DNA of 64,000 bases from Vicinamibacteria bacterium (GCA_963555995.3 OY821641.1:1440001-1504000); one strand, 5' to 3'. Shown: positions 19,185-29,178, counted from the stretch's first letter. Numbers and translations: made by a program. Notes: generated by a model not told the origin, from the letters alone.

Positions 19185-19964
19185 GTGGACGTCCTGCTGC
19201 TCAGCCTGCAGGCGCCGCTGATGAGCTTCGGCGGCCCGCAGGTGGACCAGGTCGGGCCGACCGGGCGGTTCCCCACGGTCAGCCAGATGGCCGGGCTCTT
19301 CGCGAATGCCCTTGGATATACACACGCCGACCATCGGCGCTTGCAGGTCCTCCAGGACCGCATTGCGCTGGCCGCCGCACTGGTCCGCGAGGGAGAGGAA
19401 CGGGAGGACTACCAGACGGTGGACCTCGGACAGCCGCATTTGGCGAAACCCTCCTGGACGACGCACGGTCGGCGCGAACACCGGGCCGGCGGTCCCGACG
19501 CCAGACTTGGGACGCACATCCGCTTCCGCCGTTACCGCGCCGATGCGCGGGTGCTCGCGGCGGTTGCGCTCGATCCTCCCGAGCCCGGGCCGGGTGTGGA
19601 AGAGATCGCGGCGGCGCTCGACAATCCCTGCCGCCCGCTCTTTCTGGGGCGCAAGAACTGCCTTCCGGCCGATCGCCTGGTTTTCGGCCTCTGCTCCGGC
19701 GTCCCGAATCTGACCGACGCGATTTCCCGAGCGCGCCGGAACTTCCCTGATCGTTGGACCGCCGCGTTCGGAGCGCCGGCGATCACCGAGGTCACCGCCG
19801 AGTGGCCCATCACGGAGCAGGATGTCGCGGTGGGGAGCCGGTCGGAAACGCATCGCGTCGTGGACCGGCGAGACTGGCGCAACCAGCTTCACGGCGGCGA
19901 GCGGGTGGTGGGACGCGGCGCGCTGCCGCTGGACGAGGCCGAACCCTCAGGAGGACCGGCATGA
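19185..19964 (+). CDS. cas5: Cas5e (CasD)
   Basis: LQAPLMSFG, FPTVS, DYQTV and PLFLGRKNC. Confidence 0.95.
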   Translation: MDVLLLSLQAPLMSFGGPQVDQVGPTGRFPTVSQMAGLFANALGYTHADHRRLQVLQDRIALAAALVREGEEREDYQTVDLGQPHLAKPSWTTHGRREHRAGGPDARLGTHIRFRRYRADARVLAAVALDPPEPGPGVEEIAAALDNPCRPLFLGRKNCLPADRLVFGLCSGVPNLTDAISRARRNFPDRWTAAFGAPAITEVTAEWPITEQDVAVGSRSETHRVVDRRDWRNQLHGGERVVGRGALPLDEAEPSGGPA

Positions 19965-20827
19965 CCCAGGTGTATCTCGTTCAAACTTCGTTGCGTCTTC
20001 GGTCGTTCACGAAGTGGGCGCTGGAGAGGCGCTTTCTCAGCGTGCCTCCCGGCGACGGCCGCGGGCGTCCTCGGGAACCCGATCTCGGGTATGCGCTGCA
20101 TGCCGCACTCACCGGCCTGTTCGGAGAGCAGGCGCCGAGACCGTTCACTCTTCTCCCGGAGGGAGGCGAGCGTCATGGTTGGTGCCTCGGGGGGCGCGAC
20201 AGGGACGTCGTTCCGGTACTCGGCTACGCCAAGGTGGATCAGGAGCAACTCGCGGGCCTGGCAGGACTGGCCCGTGAGGATTTCCGGGAGATCTTCGATT
20301 GCGACGCGCTGCGGGTGAAACCCCTCCCGGCGACCTGGCCGGACGGGATGCGACTCGGATTCGAGTTGCGCGCGTGCCCGGTACGGCGACGGCTGGCAAA
20401 GCGTCCGTTCACCACGAACACGTCCGGTCCGGCCCACAGGCAGGTGCTGTACTCGCAGCGCGGCCGGGAAGTGGACGCCTACCAGTTGGCGACGGCCCGG
20501 GCCGCGGAGCGCGGAGATCCGGTCCCGCGGCGTGACGAGGTGTACGCGGCCTGGCTCGGCGAGCGGTTCGCGGGATCACCGGATCGCCCTCGGGCGTTTT
20601 CTCTCGTGTCCGGGTCACTGCGGGTGCAATCCTTTCGCTCGACCCGTCTGCTCCGGCGGCCACATGACGGTAACGGGCGCTCCGCGCGCTGGCTGACGCG
20701 GCCCGAGGTCTGGTTTTCGGGCCAGATCGAAGTCGCAGCCGGCGGCAGAGTGGCGGAGTCGCTCCTGACCGGTGTCGGCCGGCACAGCGGTTTCGGATTC
20801 GGGATGTTGCTCCTCCGCCCCGCCTGA
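19961..20827 (+). CDS. cas6e: Cas6e (Cse3/CasE), 288 aa
   Basis: YALH motif; C-terminal G-rich loop GVGRHSGFGFGMLLL; ATGA overlap with cas5. Confidence 0.9.
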   Translation: MTQVYLVQTSLRLRSFTKWALERRFLSVPPGDGRGRPREPDLGYALHAALTGLFGEQAPRPFTLLPEGGERHGWCLGGRDRDVVPVLGYAKVDQEQLAGLAGLAREDFREIFDCDALRVKPLPATWPDGMRLGFELRACPVRRRLAKRPFTTNTSGPAHRQVLYSQRGREVDAYQLATARAAERGDPVPRRDEVYAAWLGERFAGSPDRPRAFSLVSGSLRVQSFRSTRLLRRPHDGNGRSARWLTRPEVWFSGQIEVAAGGRVAESLLTGVGRHSGFGFGMLLLRPA

Positions 20828-20851
20828 CGGGGCGCCGGGATTCCGCGCGCG

Positions 20852-21736
20852 GTGGTGCTCGAAGGCCGGCTCGGGCTGGATACGGCCCGGATTCCCCATG
20901 CGGACCGGCACGGCCTGATGTGGCTGTCGCGAGGCAACCTCTGGGTGGAGGCCGGGACGTTGAGGTTCCGCGCGGCGAAAGGCCCGATCCTGGAGGCGGG
21001 CGACTACGCAATTCCGTTCCAGATGGTTTCGGTGCTGCTCCTCGGGCCGGGCAGCACCGTGAGTCACGATGCCTTGCGACTGTGCGCCCGCCACGGCACC
21101 GGAATCATCGCGGTGGGAGATGACGGCGTTCGCGCGTACACCGCTCCGCCCTTCGGCCCCGACGAGTCCGCGATCGCGCGGAAGCAGGTACGCCTCTGGT
21201 CCGACGAGGACAACCGGATCCGGACCGCCCGACGCATGTACGCCTGGCGCCTGGGAGAAGTGCTGCCGCACCGGGATCTGAACGCCCTGCGAGGCATCGA
21301 GGGCGCACGGATGCGGGCTCTCTACAAAACCGTGGCGATGCAGCACGGCATCCGGTGGGAAGGCCGCCGCTACAAACGCGATGTCCCGGACTGGGCGGAC
21401 CTGCCGAACCAGGCGATCAACCACGCCGCCACCGCCGTGGAGGCGGCAGCGACGATTGCGGTGGCGAGCCTCGGGGCGCTGCCACAGTTGGGCTTCATCC
21501 ACGAGGACTCCGGGATCGCGTTCGTTCTCGACGTCGCCGACCTGTATCGCGGCGAAGTGACTCTGCCGGTGGCCTTTGCAGCGGTGAAGGAATACGAGCG
21601 GAATCCGAAGATCGAACTGGAGCGGGTCGTGCGCAAGCGGGCGGGCAAGGAAATGCGCCGACGGAAACTCATCCCTCACATGATCGACAGGATCAAGGAG
21701 CTCTTCGATGGCGATGTGCGTGATCGTGACCCGTGA
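20852..21736 (+). CDS. cas1: Cas1 (type I-E)
   Basis: LLGPGSTVSHDA, LRGIEGARMR, LGFIHE and FVLDVADLY. Confidence 0.95.
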   Translation: MVLEGRLGLDTARIPHADRHGLMWLSRGNLWVEAGTLRFRAAKGPILEAGDYAIPFQMVSVLLLGPGSTVSHDALRLCARHGTGIIAVGDDGVRAYTAPPFGPDESAIARKQVRLWSDEDNRIRTARRMYAWRLGEVLPHRDLNALRGIEGARMRALYKTVAMQHGIRWEGRRYKRDVPDWADLPNQAINHAATAVEAAATIAVASLGALPQLGFIHEDSGIAFVLDVADLYRGEVTLPVAFAAVKEYERNPKIELERVVRKRAGKEMRRRKLIPHMIDRIKELFDGDVRDRDP

Positions 21737-22067
21737 CGTGCCGGCGCGTTTCCGCGGGTTCTTGGCGTCCTGCATGTTGGAGATAGCTCCGGGGGTCTAT
21801 ACGCAGCCCGACATGTCGGCGGCGGTGCGCGAACGGGTCTGGAAGGTTCTGCGGGACTGGTGGATTCACTACACGCAGGGCTCCGTGGTGATGACCTGGG
21901 CCAGTCCGGCGGCGGATGAGCGCCAGCAGGTGCTGACCCTCGGGGAGCCCGCCAAGGAACTGATCGAATACGAAGGCATGTACGTGGTTCGGCGGGAGGA
22001 AAGCGAGCAGACCCCGGAATCTGGGCGAGAGTCAACTCGGTACGGTCCAAGAAGGCAGAACCGTTAG
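21708..22067 (+). CDS. cas2: Cas2 (type I-E)
   Basis: RFRGFLASCMLEIAPGVY and VRERVW; start 21708 or 21714; probably non-conserved C-terminal tail. Confidence 0.9.
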   Translation: MAMCVIVTRDVPARFRGFLASCMLEIAPGVYTQPDMSAAVRERVWKVLRDWWIHYTQGSVVMTWASPAADERQQVLTLGEPAKELIEYEGMYVVRREESEQTPESGRESTRYGPRRQNR

Positions 22068-22146
22068 CCGCCCACCGGTTCACCGAACCCCGGCCCGCGT
22101 TCCGGGCCTGTAGGGTTCGGTTTGTGAATTTTCAGAGACAATTAGG
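22068..22146 (+). promoter_or_regulatory. CRISPR leader with terminator-like hairpin
   Basis: ACCGAACCC...GGGTTCGGT stem at 22082-22121 followed by TTGTGAATTTT; AT-rich end abutting repeat 1. Confidence 0.65.
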
Positions 22147-25100
22147 GCTTCCCCCGCACACGCGGGGATGGACCTCAACCAGGTCCACGCCGACCACCGT
22201 CCGAAAGGCTTCCCCCGCACACGCGGGGATGGACCGCAGGTCGGCGGCTCGTTCGTCCAGGTTCGACCGCTTCCCCCGCACACGCGGGGATGGACCCTCC
22301 TCCGCCGAGCCCGACTCCCGGACGAGCTGGCTTCCCCCGCACACGCGGGGATGGACCCCTCGAGACCCGCATCTATCCGATCACGATCGAGCTTCCCCCG
22401 CACACGCGGGGATGGACCCGCGCCGACGGGCTCCGCCGCACGAGCCCCGCCGCTTCCCCCGCACACGCGGGGATGGACCGAGCGCCGTCGCCGCCCAGGT
22501 GGCCGCCGGACTGCTTCCCCCGCACACGCGGGGATGGACCGCAGGCCGGCCTCCTGGCGGAGCTGAACATCGAGCTTCCCCCGCACACGCGGGGATGGAC
22601 CCGTAACCCCGGCCCCCCTGACAATTCCCTTTAGGCTTCCCCCGCACACGCGGGGATGGACCCGAGTCAGTAGCGATGATGAAGCCGGCCGTACGGCTTC
22701 CCCCGCACACGCGGGGATGGACCCATGCTCCGCAGTGCCAAACAGAAACGACCGCGGCTTCCCCCGCACACGCGGGGATGGACCGCGTGAGACCAGCTCT
22801 GGCCGAATACCCGCGCTGCTTCCCCCGCACACGCGGGGATGGACCCGTCATCGAGAGGCGTCGAGAGCGGGATCCGGTGCTTCCCCCGCACACGCGGGGA
22901 TGGACCGATCGCCTCCCAGGCCTGCTGGGTGAGGATGAAGCTTCCCCCGCACACGCGGGGATGGACCCCACCAGGAGCTGTCCCGCCATGCGATGTTCCA
23001 GCTTCCCCCGCACACGCGGGGATGGACCTTATGGGCGCTCCCGGATTTTTGGACCGATCGTGCTTCCCCCGCACACGCGGGGATGGACCGCCTGGGCGGG
23101 GACGATCCTCCCGATTGACGACGCTTCCCCCGCACACGCGGGGATGGACCCTGAACCGGGTGCTCGACCTGCTGGACTCGAAGGCTTCCCCCGCACACGC
23201 GGGGATGGACCCTGGGCGAGCTCGCGCCAGAGCGCGCCCCCGGCGCTTCCCCCGCACACGCGGGGATGGACCGTTCCCGTTCCGGACGTAGATGTCCACG
23301 ATGAAGCTTCCCCCGCACACGCGGGGATGGACCCCACCGCGAGGCGCGCGCCCGGCGCGATGTAGAGCTTCCCCCGCACACGCGGGGATGGACCGTCGTT
23401 TCACACGGCGCTGTTGCAGGCCTCCTCGCTTCCCCCGCACACGCGGGGATGGACCCGCGACCTGGACGTTCGCCAGGACGGGCCGGCCGCTTCCCCCGCA
23501 CACGCGGGGATGGACCGTCCACGAGCTCCACCGCTCGACCGGCCTTCCTGCTTCCCCCGCACACGCGGGGATGGACCGCAGCAACACGGCCCGAAGTAAT
23601 ACCAGCCTGGGCTTCCCCCGCACACGCGGGGATGGACCCAGCGCCGCCAGCATCAGCCCCGTGTCGAGCGCGCTTCCCCCGCACACGCGGGGATGGACCG
23701 TCGACGGGCGATCAGTACCCCCCCGATGCCGAGCTTCCCCCGCACACGCGGGGATGGACCGCCCGCCGACCACCTGGCGCCGGCTCCGATACAGCTTCCC
23801 CCGCACACGCGGGGATGGACCTCGCGGAGGTTGATGCCCTGGGCGGGCTGGGAGGCTTCCCCCGCACACGCGGGGATGGACCCCATGTATTGGGCGGATC
23901 GGTCGGCGCATAGGCGCTTCCCCCGCACACGCGGGGATGGACCCTCGACCTCCCCGTAATCCGCGAGCGCATCATCGCTTCCCCCGCACACGCGGGGATG
24001 GACCCACGTCGATCTCATCCGCGCCATCCGTTGCCGGGCTTCCCCCGCACACGCGGGGATGGACCGCCCAAGATCAACCCCAGAATTAAGCAGGTTCTGC
24101 TTCCCCCGCACACGCGGGGATGGACCCTAGCCACCGGCTACCCACCTAACCCGGCGAGCGCTTCCCCCGCACACGCGGGGATGGACCTCAGCCTGATTCC
24201 GCGAGCATACGGGGTAGCTCGCTTCCCCCGCACACGCGGGGATGGACCCATCCGATACAGGTCGAGCGGCCGGTCCGCCGCGCTTCCCCCGCACACGCGG
24301 GGATGGACCGGTCTCGCGCCGCAGCCGCCGCCGCTCCTGGAGGCTTCCCCCGCACACGCGGGGATGGACCCTGGGCTCCAAGGTCAACGAGCTCTACCGG
24401 CGGGCTTCCCCCGCACACGCGGGGATGGACCGGCACCCGGCCATTGCGGTCGCCATCAGGATTTGCTTCCCCCGCACACGCGGGGATGGACCCGTGGCCT
24501 CGTCCAGGAACCGGAGCCCGCGATCGCTTCCCCCGCACACGCGGGGATGGACCCGCCTTGATCTCATCCCCCCATAGCACCCACGCGCTTCCCCCGCACA
24601 CGCGGGGATGGACCGCAGCGTGTCGTCGACCATGACGCCCGTTTTCGGCTTCCCCCGCACACGCGGGGATGGACCCCCCGCCAGCTCCTGGGCGGACGAA
24701 CTGTGGACGCTTCCCCCGCACACGCGGGGATGGACCCCCGTCGCGGCATTGGCTCCTGTTGGCAATCCTGCTTCCCCCGCACACGCGGGGATGGACCGGT
24801 TTCGTCCTCGTTGGCGTTGACCGAAGGGAGGCTTCCCCCGCACACGCGGGGATGGACCCCGGGCGCCCGGGCCGCCCACCGAATACTCGATGCTTCCCCC
24901 GCACACGCGGGGATGGACCTGAGGGTGGCGCCGGCGCCGGCGGCCTTGCGCAGCTTCCCCCGCACACGCGGGGATGGACCCTACCGGAACCTGGTCGCCG
25001 GCGCCGCGGAGGCGCTTCCCCCGCACACGCGGGGATGGATCCTCAGGGGGTGCGCCCAGTGATCGGGCAGCTCAGCTTCCCCCGCACACGCGGGGATGGA

Positions 25101-26199
25101 CCTCCGCCTTCATGCTCCAGGACGTGAGCGATAGCGCTTCCCCCGCACACGCGGGGATGGACCTGAGCCCCATGTTCACGACCTACGCCCTGGCCGGCTT
25201 CCCCCGCACACGCGGGGATGGACCTGAGCCCCATGTTCACGACCTACGCCCTGGCCGGCTTCCCCCGCACACGCGGGGATGGACCCCTCACTGCCGGCCA
25301 GATGTCGCTCCCGAATCCGCTTCCCCCGCACACGCGGGGATGGACCCGAAGCTGTGGGCGTGTTGTCGGTTCCGTACGAGCTTCCCCCGCACACGCGGGG
25401 ATGGACCCTTCGGGGCGACGATGGAATAGTTAGCCGCCGCGCTTCCCCCGCACACGCGGGGATGGACCCACCTCCGGGAGACCCGCAACGATGCGGCCAC
25501 CGCTTCCCCCGCACACGCGGGGATGGACCCCACCGGGGTAGCGTGCCGCCAGCTCGGGCGCGGCTTCCCCCGCACACGCGGGGATGGACCCAAGTTCTCA
25601 TGGATCGGATCGGCTACGCGGTGGCTTCCCCCGCACACGCGGGGATGGACCGCTGCCCGGGTCGTGATCCGGGTCACCGCCGAGGCTTCCCCCGCACACG
25701 CGGGGATGGACCCATCCTCGTCTGCTCATCGCAGGCGCTGGAACGGCTTCCCCCGCACACGCGGGGATGGACCGTACATGGCCGAAGCGCGGAAGGATCT
25801 CGGCGGGCTTCCCCCGCACACGCGGGGATGGACCGCAGACAGGACCGTAGCGGGAGCCGTCGACGTCGCTTCCCCCGCACACGCGGGGATGGACCGCTGG
25901 AACGGTGCGCCCTGGCGGACGAGTTCGCGCTTCCCCCGCACACGCGGGGATGGACCCGGATTACCGATCCGGACCAGTGGATATACGGAGCTTCCCCCGC
26001 ACACGCGGGGATGGACCCCCTCCGGGCAGGCGGATCTGTCCGCCGCCCTGGCTTCCCCCGCACAAGCGGGGATGGACCGAGCGCCTCCAGCCGCAGGGTG
26101 CGGCCTTCCAGGCTTCCCCCGCACACGCGGGGATGGACCCCGGATCGGGAGCGTCGTGGTCTGGCTCGGATCGCTTCCCCGCACACGCGGGGATGGACC
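22147..26199 (+). CRISPR. type I-E CRISPR array, 67 repeats and 66 spacers
   Basis: 28-bp repeat GCTTCCCCCGCACACGCGGGGATGGACC with exact 61-bp period; variants at 25014 (GGATC) and 26051 (ACAA loop); terminal copy at 26173 lacks one C. Confidence 0.99.
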
Positions 26200-26217
26200 C
26201 GATGCTCCGTCCTCGGG

Positions 26218-26487
26218 TGTCAATGGGCGCCGAAAATGTCCCACTTTTGGGCTTCGAAAATGTCCCACTTTTCTGGTGGGCTGGGGGTTGTGGAACGGGT
26301 CCGATGAGGGGAGTTCTGGCCGGGCGTCCGCCGCGGATCTCCGCTCACTCCGCTCCCGATGCTGACTCGCTCCGCGGCAACCCCGCTGAACCCCTCCCCC
26401 TGAACTCCCCCCAAAACTCCGTCTCCAACCCAAAAGGTGTCAAGTTTTCAGATCCCATTTCTGTCCACTTTTCTAATCCCATTGACA
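26218..26487. mobile_element. 270-bp non-autonomous IS21-like element (MITE)
   Basis: TGTCAATGGG...CCCATTGACA ends; tandem 24-bp subterminal repeats containing GAAAATGTCCCACTTTT; no transposase; no target duplication. Confidence 0.75.
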
Positions 26488-27167
26488 GCTTGACTCCCGC
26501 CAGCTCCGGCCCAATCGCGGATCGCGGTGCGACTGCCGTTGAGACAGTGCAGCACGATCTCGGCAGCGGCCCGGGCATCCTCCCCGGCGTCGTGATGCCG
26601 GAAGCGAATGCCGAGCCGATCCGCGATCGGCGCCAGGCCGCGCGAGCCGCGCGGAAACCGACCCGGCCACACGAGATTCGGAATGCGGGAGCTGTCGAGC
26701 CAAGCTCGCTGAAACGTCGGCAGGCGGTTCCGGCGACAGGCTTGGAGGAGTGCCGCCACATCGAAACCGGTGTGCGTGACCACGAACTCCGGCAAGCGTC
26801 TTTCGAGTTCGGAGTGGAGTTGGGCGAAGGGGGGAGCGTTCGCCACCGCCTCGCTCGTGATCCCGTGGATCCGGATGTGACGGCGGCTGAATCGTCCCGC
26901 GGGACGGACGAACTGGGTCCACACCTGCGTGACCCGGCCTGCTCGCACCGTGGCGATACCGATTTGGCAAATGCTGGTCGGGTCTGGGTTTGCCGTTTCG
27001 ACATCGAGTGCGGCGAAATCAACCTGTTCGCTGGGTGTTGCCGGAACATGCGAGTCGGGAGTGTGATCGGACCGGTGTCGCCGCGAGTCACGCGATGACG
27101 GCGTGTCTGGAGCCGACGTTCCTCCTCGACCGTGTGGTGTTTCCCGCGCTGGACGGTGAGTCTCCAT
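26448..27167 (-). CDS. DEDDh 3'-5' exonuclease (DnaQ/epsilon-like), possibly truncated
   Basis: ExoI LDVETAN, ExoII HTGFD, ExoIII HHDAGED; stop codon lies inside the MITE; start uncertain. Confidence 0.75.
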   Translation of the reverse strand: METHRPARETPHGRGGTSAPDTPSSRDSRRHRSDHTPDSHVPATPSEQVDFAALDVETANPDPTSICQIGIATVRAGRVTQVWTQFVRPAGRFSRRHIRIHGITSEAVANAPPFAQLHSELERRLPEFVVTHTGFDVAALLQACRRNRLPTFQRAWLDSSRIPNLVWPGRFPRGSRGLAPIADRLGIRFRHHDAGEDARAAAEIVLHCLNGSRTAIRDWAGAGGSQAVNGIRKVDRNGI

Positions 27168-27410
27168 GGGGCAGGGCTCGTCAGCCGCGAGACCGCCGTG
27201 ACAGAGGAGGTGGCTCACCCGCAGCCGCGAGGCTCGCGAGATAGAAGCCGACAGAGGTGGTAGTCGCCGCCAGCAGGGCCAGGAGGAGCGCGATCAGGGT
27301 CATGCGGGCATGTTGACGGCGCGTTGCGCCAAAAACGGACACCCCTTTTGCCCCGTGCGGCGGTGCGTTCGGATGGGTCGGGTCGCCTTCGTAGCTGTAG
27401 GGCGTTCCGG

Positions 27411-27435
27411 TGCCGACCTGGAGGTCGGCGGTCCC
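27411..27435 (-). repeat. REP-like palindrome
   Basis: Reverse complement reads GGGACCGCCGACCTCCAGGTCGGCA. Confidence 0.7.
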
Positions 27436-27516
27436 TGACCGGGGACGCCGCTTGTGGGACGGCCGGTCCGTGAGCGGTTCGAGCGTACGGGCCTCGTCCG
27501 TGTCCGCGCCGACGAT

Positions 27517-27666
27517 CTACGCCGCGCCGATGCCGCCGACGAGGGCGGCGGCCTCGTGGCGCAGCCGGACGCGGGTGGTGATGAGGCGGCGGCACTCCTC
27601 GGCGAGTTGCCGGGCGGTCTCCGGGGAGCGGGGCACGGGGAGCGCCAGCCGCGGGCGGGCGTACAT
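27517..27666 (-). CDS. possible 49-aa peptide coupled to rmuC
   Basis: ATG overlaps the rmuC TGA (TGATG); MYARPRLALP... Confidence 0.3.
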   Translation of the reverse strand: MYARPRLALPVPRSPETARQLAEECRRLITTRVRLRHEAAALVGGIGAA

Positions 27667-28883
27667 CAGGAGAGGAGGGTCCGGTCCGGCGGGATGTCCG
27701 TGTCCTCGGGGCGGAGGAGACGGGGGGCGATCTCGACGGGGGCGGGGAGCCGGTCGGCGGGGGTCTCCTCCGGGCGGTCGCCCAGTTCGCGGAGTTTCCG
27801 GAGCTGCGGGGTGAGGCGAGATTCCGACGAGCCGACGGCGCGGTTGTAGGCGGCGGTGGCCTTGTGAAGCTGGCTGCCGACGTCCGCGAAATGGCCGAGG
27901 AAGGTGTCCAGCCGCCTCTCCAGTTCGAGCCCGGCGTTCCGCATCTCCTCCGCATTCCGGGTGCTGGTCTCGTTCCGCCACATGGCGGCGACGCTCCAGA
28001 GCAGCCCCATGAGCGTGTGGGGGGTGGCGAGCACCACCCTCCGGTCCGCCGCGTACTGGAGGAGGTCGGGCTCGTGGCGGATGGCCGCCGCGAGCAGCGA
28101 CTCGATCGGGAGGAACAGGACGGTGAAGGGCGGGCCGTCGCCCAGTTTCGCCGGGTAGCTGCGCTTGGCCAGCGCGTCGGCGTGCAGCTTGACCTGCTTC
28201 GCGTGCTTCGCCAGCGCGGCGTCCTGGAGTTCGGGCGATTCCACCTCGGCGGCGGTCAGGTAGTCGTCCATGGGCGCCTTGGCGTCCACCGGGAGGACGG
28301 CGCCGCCGGGGAGCCGGAGCACGAGGTCGGGCCGGACGCCGTTCGTCCCGGTCTGGGTCGTGAAGTCGGAGTGGGCGGTCAGCCCCACCGACTCGACCAG
28401 CGTCTGGAGCTGGATCTCGCCCCAGCGGCCGCGCGCCTGCCGGTCGCCCTTCAGCGCTTCGCGGAGGGAACGGCTGCTGCCGAGCACGCTCTGGACCTGC
28501 TCGGACAGGTTCCGGGCGACCTGTTCGAGGGCGCCGTGGTCCCGGGCGCGCTTTTCTTCCAGTTCGCTCGCGAGCCGCCGTACCTGGGTGAGGGATTCCC
28601 GCAGCGGGGCGGCGGTCTCGGCGAACTGGGCCCGGCCGAGTTCGCGGTCCGAGCGGGTGGCGGCCTCGAGGCGATCCACCGCCTGGCCGGTGGCGCGTTC
28701 GTACGCCTCGCGGGCCTGCCGGTTGCTCTGGTCCGCCGCCGTCCGGGCGATGGCCTCGACGTCCGAGCGGGTCTGCCGGCGGCCGAGCCGTTCGCCGCGC
28801 CGGAGCCCGCTGAAGTAGGAGATGGCGCCGACGAGGGCGGCCACGAGGAGGGAGAGGAGAACGGTCGTGGTCATGGGCGGCAT
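27666..28883 (-). CDS. rmuC: DNA recombination protein RmuC
   Basis: N-terminal TM and coiled coil; RGRWGEIQL, RPDLVLRLPG, VDAKAP and LATPHTL. Confidence 0.9.
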   Translation of the reverse strand: MPPMTTTVLLSLLVAALVGAISYFSGLRRGERLGRRQTRSDVEAIARTAADQSNRQAREAYERATGQAVDRLEAATRSDRELGRAQFAETAAPLRESLTQVRRLASELEEKRARDHGALEQVARNLSEQVQSVLGSSRSLREALKGDRQARGRWGEIQLQTLVESVGLTAHSDFTTQTGTNGVRPDLVLRLPGGAVLPVDAKAPMDDYLTAAEVESPELQDAALAKHAKQVKLHADALAKRSYPAKLGDGPPFTVLFLPIESLLAAAIRHEPDLLQYAADRRVVLATPHTLMGLLWSVAAMWRNETSTRNAEEMRNAGLELERRLDTFLGHFADVGSQLHKATAAYNRAVGSSESRLTPQLRKLRELGDRPEETPADRLPAPVEIAPRLLRPEDTDIPPDRTLLS

Positions 28884-28950
28884 TCTCGGGGCGCGCTGCG
28901 ACAGAACGTGACATGCCCCGCCGGTGGGAGCGGGGAGGCCGCCGCGGCGC

Positions 28951-29178
28951 TCATTCCGGGTCCCCCGGGGCCGGGCGGGCGCCGGGCGGCTGCCGGAAGA
29001 GCGGGCCGCGCCGGAAGATGTAGGCGGCTACCGCGTCGCGGACCACCCAGGCCAGCGAGACCCGCTTCTCGGCGGCGATCCGCGTCAGTTCGTCGTAGTC
29101 GGCGGGGTCGAAGGAGACCGAGACGCGGCGGACCGCGCGGCCTGGGGCGGGACTGTCAGCGGGACCTTTTTGCACCAT
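28951..29178 (-). CDS. CopG/ribbon-helix-helix regulator
   Basis: RVSVSF strand followed by AEKRVSLAWVVRDAV helices. Confidence 0.75.
   Translation of the reverse strand: MVQKGPADSPAPGRAVRRVSVSFDPADYDELTRIAAEKRVSLAWVVRDAVAAYIFRRGPLFRQPPGARPAPGDPE

Noticed and set aside
22147-26199. Self-targeting spacers within the window
   Set aside because: None noticed by eye; an exhaustive alignment was not possible.
22080-26433. Many ORFs across the CRISPR array
   Set aside because: They are translations of the repeat (FPRTRGDGP, LPPHTRGW), not genes.
26218-26487. Tn7/CAST transposon end linked to the Cascade
   Set aside because: No tns or tniQ genes, cas3 is intact, and both ends lie 270 bp apart; an IS21-like MITE fits better.
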